Below, piece by piece: positions 56,079 through 64,000 of a stretch of 64,000 bases of DNA; position 1 is the stretch's first letter; every line of letters begins with the position of its first letter. The DNA lies in contig OX597827.1 of the NCBI GenBank assembly GCA_951406725.2, forward strand, positions 25,854,001 through 25,918,000, read 5' to 3'. Below the pieces are notes generated by a model. That model had not been told where the DNA came from, did not search any database, and worked only from the letters and a program-made list of their open reading frames with translations. The translations under genes were made by a program, and so were the position numbers. The DNA comes from Octopus vulgaris (Eukaryota).

Positions 56079-57745
56079 GAAGAAGAAGAAGAAGAAGAAG
56101 AAGAAGAAGAAGAAGAAGAAGAAGAAGAAGAAGAAGAAGAAGAAGAAGAAGAAGGGAGAATATGAATGCGTGGAAGTAGTGGAATGTTGGATGACTTAAA
56201 GTTGGCACGTTGTGGGTTATAGCTGTGATTGGGCTGATTTTTAATGGATTCTTAGGAATGTAATCTGTGTGTATCTGTATGTGTATCTGTGTTATTCTAA
56301 AGCTGAGGTGGATATATCGTTTGTCGTAGATGCGTTCAGAAGGGACCTGTATTTTGTAATAAAGAGAGTTTCTTTTCTTATTCGTTGGCTCGAGGTTGTA
56401 TCGTCCATGAATTGGTAGAGGGGGAAAATCCTGAAGCCTGGAGTTTTGTTGTTGGCACAAATATCTGTGTTGGCTGAATGCTATGTTTCTGTTTTGGGGA
56501 ATTTTTATCTGGGATCTGTTTAGGGCCATTCTTTTACGTAAACTATTTTCTGTTTGGCCTACGTATTGCTCTTGACACCCAGAGCAGGTTAGTGTGTATA
56601 TCAGGTTCTCCGAAGCACATGTGAAGTTGCTTTTCACTGTGAACCGTTGTCCCTGTTTGAAGAACTCTGATCCCTCAATTAGATAATCGCATATCTCGCA
56701 ATTGGTTCTTCCACATTGTTTTACTGTCGGCTTCTGTGTTGATGAGCATATTCGGGCTTGTGTTTGGAGACTTTTCATAGATTTGGACTGTCTCTTGCTT
56801 TTTATGATCGTGTGTGTTTGGAGGATTATGTTCATTCTGTGGTCTTTTTGTAGCAGGGGTATGTTTTGGAGGATGGTGTCGAAGGCTTCATTATTGAGAG
56901 GGTTGTGTGTGGAGATGTATGGTAACGCTTTTGGTCGTAATTTCTTCTTTAATTTGGGATGTCTGAGTTCCTGGATGTTGAGTTGAATGCATATGTCAAT
57001 TAGTGAAGGTGGGTAGTTCCTGGTGATGAGGGTATCTTTTAGTTCATGTAGTCATGTGTCTCTGGTGTTTGCATTAGAAACTATAGTACATATCCTTTTT
57101 GCTAGATTGAAGGGGATATTCATTCTGGTGTGTCTGGGGTGGCATGAATTGAAAGGAATATATTGCTTAGAATCCGAAGGCTTGTAGTATATATCTGTTT
57201 CTATTACATTATTAGATTTCTTAATGAGGATGTCGAGGAAGAGGAGTTGCTGATGGCTATATTCCATCGTGAATTAGATGTTTACGTCCAGTCCTTGGAA
57301 TTCTTTGAGTTTCTCTATATTTTCATGCCAATGGATGAAACAGACATCTAGGTATCTCTTCCAGTTGTTTTCTATGTAGAGGGAGAAAGGGCTGCCATAT
57401 CTTTCTAGAACCTTACGATATAGATTGATTTCTAGATATCCCATGACTAGGTTGGCAAAAGAGGGGGCCATTCGCATACCCATCGCAGTCCCCGATTTTT
57501 GTCGGTAGAAGTTGTCTTTGAAGGCGAATTAGTTATATTTCAGGATGAATTTAACCCCTTCTATCACGAATTCTTTTTTGATGCGATGTGGGAGTTCGTT
57601 GGCGTGATTCTCTAGCTAGAATTGAATTGCCTCTATTCCTAGGTTGTGGGGGATATTGGAATAGAGGTTGACTACATCGAAGGATACTAGTAGGGTGTTT
57701 TTGTTTATAGTATTAGGCAGGTGATTGAGCATATCCAGGTCGTCA
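55470..57745 (-). mobile_element. Penelope-like element (RT plus GIY-YIG), 5'-truncated and degenerate
   Basis: SFDVVNLYSNIP, GTAMGMRMAPSFANL, WKRYLDV, FLDIL, TDIYYKP..QYIPFNSCHP; CGRTNCEIC, FTCASENLIYTLTCSGCQEQYVGQT; pLTR with a hammerhead-like motif at ~55500-55541. An internal (GAT)n(AAG)n tract lies at 55880-56155. Confidence 0.92.
55502..55541 (-). ncRNA. degenerate hammerhead motif in the 3' pLTR of the Penelope element
   Basis: CAG TTGAAAA GGTC TGAAAT GACC C GAAA CCGA TA CTG; the core is mutated. Confidence 0.45.
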
Positions 57746-58025
57746 TATATATATAAGAGAGAGAATGTAATATCAAATCTCTGAGCGAGATATAAACTCT
57801 ATGGATACGAAACCCTAACGCATATTTGCCAAATAAGTGTGGTGTAATATACAGGACAGTGCCACTGATGTTTATAGACCTAGGAAGATATCTTCTCCAT
57901 CGATAACCACCCCTCGCCAATACTAATCGGACACAGAATGTGTATCGTAAGCCAGTTGGAGGAAGTGTCTTCCTCGGGCTGTAATCATCAGTAGCACTAT
58001 CCTGTGTCGAACACCATACTTAGCT

Positions 58026-58065
<40 letters not shown>

Positions 58066-58068
58066 GAG

Positions 58069-58127
<59 letters not shown>

Positions 58128-58786
58128 TACCAGACAATTTGGAAAAACGGTCCTATGAACCTATGTCTCGGTAAGGACGATTTTTCTTTTGATGATGATG
58201 GATTGGGCATTAGTGGTGATGATAGTGTAAATGGAGATAATAATAACTTCGGTAGTGTTGGCAGTGTTTATGACATTAGAGGTTCTAATAATGATGGGAT
58301 ATGTCGCAGATAATCACACGGGTAGGTTTGGTATATTTATTGCTGTTTTGGAGGTGATGGGTGGTTGTGACACCGGTAGTGGTAATGGTGACATTGGTGT
58401 TAGAATAAAGGTGCAGCCCGGTGTTGTTGGTAGACGAATTATTGAAACGTGCCATGTGAATGAATATTGTTAATATTCAAATGTTATAATGTGCTCGCAT
58501 CGCAACTACACCGGGGAATAAGTTTGAGAAAGAGAACTCACTATGAATTTCATGTCAGAAAAAGCAAGATAACCATATAATACATGGAACTGCGTATATA
58601 CATGTATATATATATGAATATATATATATGTGTGTATACATATATGTATATATATATATATATACTAGCAGCATAGCCCGGCGTTGCCCGGGTATATAAG
58701 AGCCCCTAGTAGGCAACGACTAATCCCAATGTAGTCCTTTCCCTCCAGGGAACGAAGGTGCATGTGGACGTTGCAATGTCTTGTCT

Positions 58787-60568
58787 TCACTGGAATACTT
58801 CTGTATATACGATGTTCCTAGCTGTCTGTTTGGGCGAAAACATGAAAACATCATTGCGCCTCCCAATGCGTGAACAGCCCACGTAGAGTTGACCGTGGGC
58901 GAAGCACTGTTCGCCCAAATGTAACCCAGCGACTTGTAGCGTTTGGCCTTGGGATTTATTGATGGACATTGCGAAGCAGAGTTTAACAGGAAACTGAGAA
59001 CGCCTGAAGTGGATTGGTAGGTCAGCGCCCGACGGTTGAAGGTGCATCCGTGGAATGAAGACGTCCTCTCCCTTCCCACAACCGGTAAGTATTGTGGCCG
59101 TTATTAAATGTGGTGCGCTGATCCTGTGTAGGTTGTTACCACGGGAGGAGATGATTATGTCACGGCTGTTGTGTTGCTCTCCGTGTGTGACTGCGGCAAT
59201 TTCGTTGCACGCAGGTGCGTTGAAACGGCGTTCGTGCTCCCCGTGGGGTCGTTTATCAGCATCAATGACAACGGTGAAGTTTGGAGATGGAGCACTGTCC
59301 AAGGCATATCTGAAGCTGCAGACGTAGCTGTTGATATCATGAAGCATGGTTTGGAGACGGAGAAGAATGTCTTTGCGGGGAACATAGCTTGTACCCGGTA
59401 TTATTCCAAGGCGTGCATCAACCTGGTGGTTGTAGTCGGCAATGAAGTATATTTGGAGTAAAGAAGGCTGCTGAATCTCGTCTGGCAGAAGTGACCCAAT
59501 AAGATGGTAGACCTGTCCCTGCACTTTGAAAGTAGGCATCCAGCCTTCTCTGGGATGAATTTTGGCCCCGAAAGAGGTCATTTGGAATGAGCAGTTGTAC
59601 TTTCGAATTATTTCAAGGAATTGTGACGATTCGGGGGTTAAACCCGCCGCGAGATCCTTCAGTGGTTGAGGTGGTTCCCGTAGGGGTGGCAGGTCCACTT
59701 TGCCACCAGAGCAGCACAAAGCAGGTGGCTCTCCGTGCCATTTCTTGGCTTTGCAAAACTGGCATACAATTGTCATTGACCCTATCTTGATGTCGTCACG
59801 CAAGGAGAAGTTAATTGTGGCGTCGTAGTTGAATGCTAGTGACAACCAGAAAGCGGGGGCAGGGGTACGTACACCACGAATGATATCCCGACGTTTGTTG
59901 ATACTCTCAAGTCGAGTGCACCGTGCCTCAGCAGATTCAGATGCACGTGCGACAGCGGTAGCAGTGGCATCCCTTGAAAGCCTTTCAGCTCTCGCCTCAG
60001 CACCCTCTGAAGCCCTAGCAGAAGCAGTGTTAATGGCATGTCTGGATGTCCGAATAGTTCGTTGGTGTGGAGTTTCGGCAGATCGAGTCATGGCTGTGTT
60101 TGCGGCGTTAGCAGCTTGGCGAGCTCTCCTCTGTTGAGGTGCTTCGGCAGCTTGGGCCATGGCTTTGTTTGCGGCGTCAGTATCTTGGCGAGTTCTCCTC
60201 TGCTGTGAGGTTTCGACAGATCGTGTCCTGGCGGTGCTAGTGGCGTTAGCCGCATTCCGAATGGCCCTTTGTTCGGGGTTCTCGCGAGCTCTGCGGATGG
60301 AAGCACAGTAAGAAGCCCGCATGTTTTGGCTGGACTGTTGCTCTTTCGTCAACCTCGAGCGGAGGGAAGATCTGTACGCTGCGACCCTTGCAAGTCGGAT
60401 AGAACGGTCGCTAGTAGTTTCAGATGCCTGAGCAGCGGCATAACGGGAAGCTGTTTGCGAGAGGCGCAAGGCGGTTTCCTCGTGGGTCTCGCGTGCCCTT
60501 CTAGCCCTAGCAGCCGATGCCTTGGCCGTCCGAGGGCTGAGGAGGGTCCTTCTCTTCTTGGGTGGCAT
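58787..60568 (-). CDS. Truncated Helitron RepHel protein, 593 aa from MPPKKRR: STPR-like repeats, Zn finger, N-terminal Rep-adjacent region, fused in frame to the PIF1-type helicase C-terminus
   Basis: Open frame. Repeated ETxxQRxxR units; CQFCKAKKW..E...CCSGGKV; IRKYNCSFQMTSFGA; FKVQGQVYHLIGSLLP; RRFNAP..NEIA; then FRRSQFPVKLCFAMSINKSQGQTL..FAHGQLYVGCSR..NIVYTEVF. Confidence 0.85.
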   Translation of the reverse strand: MPPKKRRTLLSPRTAKASAARARRARETHEETALRLSQTASRYAAAQASETTSDRSIRLARVAAYRSSLRSRLTKEQQSSQNMRASYCASIRRARENPEQRAIRNAANATSTARTRSVETSQQRRTRQDTDAANKAMAQAAEAPQQRRARQAANAANTAMTRSAETPHQRTIRTSRHAINTASARASEGAEARAERLSRDATATAVARASESAEARCTRLESINKRRDIIRGVRTPAPAFWLSLAFNYDATINFSLRDDIKIGSMTIVCQFCKAKKWHGEPPALCCSGGKVDLPPLREPPQPLKDLAAGLTPESSQFLEIIRKYNCSFQMTSFGAKIHPREGWMPTFKVQGQVYHLIGSLLPDEIQQPSLLQIYFIADYNHQVDARLGIIPGTSYVPRKDILLRLQTMLHDINSYVCSFRYALDSAPSPNFTVVIDADKRPHGEHERRFNAPACNEIAAVTHGEQHNSRDIIISSRGNNLHRISAPHLITATILTGCGKGEDVFIPRMHLQPSGADLPIHFRRSQFPVKLCFAMSINKSQGQTLQVAGLHLGEQCFAHGQLYVGCSRIGRRNDVFMFSPKQTARNIVYTEVFQ

Positions 60569-60689
60569 TTTGGTGGATAGCAATGTGTTTGGCAAAGGTG
60601 TAATAAAAAGGAACACGTGGGGTAAGTATTTTGGTGGATAGCAATGTGTTTGGTAAAGGTGTAATAAAAAGGAGCTCGTGGGGTAAGTA
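60567..60689. repeat. 61-bp tandem duplication immediately upstream of the Helitron ATG
   Basis: attttggtggatagcaatgtgtttgg.aaaggtgtaataaaaagga..cgtggggtaagt occurs twice. Confidence 0.9.
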
Positions 60690-61705
60690 TCCGAAAATGT
60701 ATAAAAATGTACAAAAACGTCCAAAAAGCGGGCAGAAATGTGAGTGACAACAACGAAAAAGTCAAAAGTGATCAAACTGAACAAACGAAAGGAAAAGTTT
60801 TTTTGATGCACACGACAAAAGTGGTTTATAATAAACCAAGAGTTTGCAAGTAGCGTCCGAGGACCGTTAGGGTACATCAAAAATTGAAGGTAAAACGTTT
60901 GGGGTGGTAGTTATAAAGAAAGTGTAAACAAAAAAAGTATTCGAATAACTTGCGGCTGCAGCAGCTATTAGCAGAAGTGGCGGTGTTGGGGTAAAGTCTC
61001 GAATGTAATTTCTTCCTGGTAGGAATTGGTTGGATCGAATTATCGATAGCTAAAAAGGTCAAGTTGCGTCCCCTAGACAGTCTGGTTTGTGTTTAATACA
61101 CAAATTTGTTTGCTATGTGTGCCACATATGATTAAATTAACCGATTTTTTCCAATAATGTATCCTATTGGAATAAAAAGGGCTATATAGCTCCTTGGAGC
61201 AGACATGATGCTCGTTGTGAATAAAAAAAAAAAATTCCTGCCAATTTGTGAAAGATATTGTCGAAAATATGTCATCTTGAATTTGAACGTGATTTCCCAA
61301 AATGGCATGATTTTATCGATTGTTTCTGATGGTAAGGTATTGCATGGAAAACTAACGTCAGAATTGAGTTTCTTAGGGTAACATTAAGCTTCACCATGAG
61401 TTTGGTCAAAATCGATTGCAAGTTGTGAAAACTACCATAGATAATGCGTTGCATAAAAAAAGCTTAGATTCTCGAGTTGCGTCCCCTAGACAGTCTGTGG
61501 TTCGTGTTTCTGATTCTCGACCCCATGTCAAATTTATCAATTTTTTTCAGAACTGGGGGAACTTTTCAAAATTTTCGCTGCGTTAGTTTTGAATTATGAC
61601 ATTGGGCTATGTGTGTGTCAAGTTTCATCAGAATCGGTTGAAAGCCGTGGTCAGAGTGAGGGCACAAGAAAACAGACACACAGAAACACGCACAGACAAA
61701 CTGCC

Positions 61706-61793
<88 letters not shown>

Positions 61794-61810
61794 TTTTACT
61801 TGTTTACTGC

Positions 61811-61864
<54 letters not shown>

Positions 61865-62014
61865 TATATGTATATATATATGAATGTATATATATATACA
61901 TATACGTTAATCCCTCCTTCTTTCCTTCTTTCCTGAGCGTCCAATAATACTATATTTGTTCCACGTCCTCGCGTTGTTGTGTTTTTTTGTGCTTTCATGT
62001 TTGGATTAACTTTA

Positions 62015-62115
<101 letters not shown>

Positions 62116-62126
62116 ATGTATATATA

Positions 62127-62301
62127 TACAAATATTCTATAATTATAAACATAATTATAATTAGGGGTCAGCTAATTGTTTCACCGCATACCGAATTTAG
62201 AAATTAGAATTTAAAAAATTCCTTTTCTACTACTCTAAGAATCTCCACGACAGTAACACACCACTAATTAGAATTATGTTTATAATTATAGAATATTTGT
62301 A
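62127..62301. repeat. ~37-bp inverted repeat
   Basis: tacaaatattctataattataaacataatt.taattag versus ctaatta.aattatgtttataattatagaatatttgta. Confidence 0.75.
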
Positions 62302-62406
62302 TAATTTTATCTATAAAGGTCATTTTAATGTACCGATCTACTTGGCAAAATTATTAATTAATTGATTGATTAATTAATTTTATTAATGAATTTTACCCTT
62401 TTATTA

Positions 62407-62448
<42 letters not shown>

Positions 62449-62572
62449 TACATATTGGTAAACAAACCCGAAGTTTTCGTTAGATACGGAGGAAGAACGC
62501 CTATGAAAGTCTTTTATGCAATAATAACTATATTATGATTTATGATAATAATAATATATATATACTTAGTTA

Positions 62573-62631
<59 letters not shown>

Positions 62632-62697
62632 GTATGTATATATACATATATATATACATATACATATACACACACACACACATATATATATATATAT

Positions 62698-62768
<71 letters not shown>

Positions 62769-63960
62769 TTTAATACACGCACTCTTGAGCACTTGAAAAT
62801 TTTTTAACATGAACTCCACTCTTTTGACGAAAACGCAAGAAATTGAGAAATTGTGCATGACTGCATTTGTAAATCTCTAGATTTGTTTTTGTGGAGAAAA
62901 TGAATAAATAAGTATAACAAATAGAAAAATCATGTTTGGTGAAGCTTCACATTCTCATTAGTCTGGGAGCGATAAAAAAGGTCACAGAAATAAATATATA
63001 ATGTTTTACAATGTTAAATACGATCATCAGAAGATTTCAAGCAAAAGCTATTGTGATCCTTTTGAAGTACAAGAAAGATCTCCCTATAGAGATAGTCTGA
63101 TAGTATACAGAGCTTTATTGTTATATATGAAGAGGTCACTAGTAGAATTCCTCAAGCGAATAAAAACGGAGAAAGAAAAATAAAAGAGAAACATAGAAGA
63201 GAATTAAGGAAACTGCCAGAATAAACATGGTACATATACAATCATCGAACGCCGGCATAAAACCATTCCTTAACAACAGGATGTCTTGTACAAAACTAAA
63301 TGTCACTGACCACTACTACAAGTTCTTATCGAATATTCTAAAATGTCAGAGATCTTTTAGTGAAATATCACAAAGCATAATTCTCACTATATAGAATTCT
63401 TTGGCTTATTTCGGATACATACATACATACACACATACGAGCGCGTGTGTGTATGTGTGTAAATGTGCGTGTGTGAGTGTGTGTGTATGTGTGTATGAGT
63501 GCATGAGTGCGCGAGTGCGTGTGGGTGTATAACAAAAACAAAGGCAGCAGCAAAGGAAATAACGACATTATCTGATACAAAGACGACAGTGAAGAAATAA
63601 TAAACATAACAAATTCATTTTAAGACAGAAAAATTGTTTGAAAATTATAACACGATTTTTGTACGTTGCCATCGTAGAAAAACAATTTTAAAATAATTTT
63701 GCTAAAAAAATAATCTACTTTCGAAATATTACTGGATGTTTGTTTCTAATAACAGTGGAAATAAGATGATGAATATATACATACATACATACATACAATC
63801 ATACGTATCTATATATTCATATATATATATATATATATATTAATCAGAATACTACGATGATCCGGTTCTTGACAAGACTGAGGGTTTCGAATGTCCTGTC
63901 CGTGTTTATTGTGTCGTCTTCTAAGAGTTATACGTTCTTGTCCATGTTGTATTTTTCTAC

Positions 63961-63991
<31 letters not shown>

Positions 63992-64000
63992 GCAAGTATA

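Larger units (their letters stand above)
58665..61720 (-). mobile_element. Helitron, internally deleted, with both termini
   Basis: 3' end: hairpin CCCGG-GCAACG-CCGGG (58677-58692), then CTAG|T at 58665. 5' end: (TA)n-AAACGGCAGTTTGTCTGTGCGTG...ccgattctgatgaaacttg, merging with the TA tract. Confidence 0.92.

Noticed and set aside
55867-56835. 322-aa ORF with poly-L/poly-H tail as a protein
   Set aside because: It is a frameshifted Penelope GIY-YIG reading through into a (AAG)n(GAT)n microsatellite.
60569-60880. N-terminal 104 aa of the 697-aa ORF call
   Set aside because: It begins at a non-ATG codon and runs through a non-triplet 61-bp tandem duplication. MPPKKRR at 60568 is the plausible start.

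Overview
This is AT-rich eukaryotic DNA saturated with microsatellites and transposon remnants. The SINE repertoire and repeat style look like an octopod cephalopod (Octopus-like; inference). I recognise no host protein-coding gene with confidence. Identifiable contents: (1) DNA transposons: several Tc1/mariner relics (one with ~193-bp TIRs, one DD37D/maT), a Chapaev3 (CMC) element with a TAA TSD, and several MITEs. (2) LINEs: RTE, R4/Dong-type and CR1/L2-type fragments. An RTE and an R4-type copy each have 5'-inverted, twin-priming geometry. (3) Many Penelope-like element (PLE) fragments (RT, GIY-YIG), together with a dense set of minimal type-I hammerhead-ribozyme motifs and fold-back pLTRs. 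(4) Three tRNA-derived SINE groups. (5) Two Helitrons. The larger one carries the only long intact ORF (593 aa), an in-frame internal deletion that joins STPR-like repeats and the Zn finger to the helicase C-terminus, with both catalytic cores missing. Most ORFs in the track are microsatellite artefacts. Boundaries were read by eye and may be off by a few bases to tens of bases.
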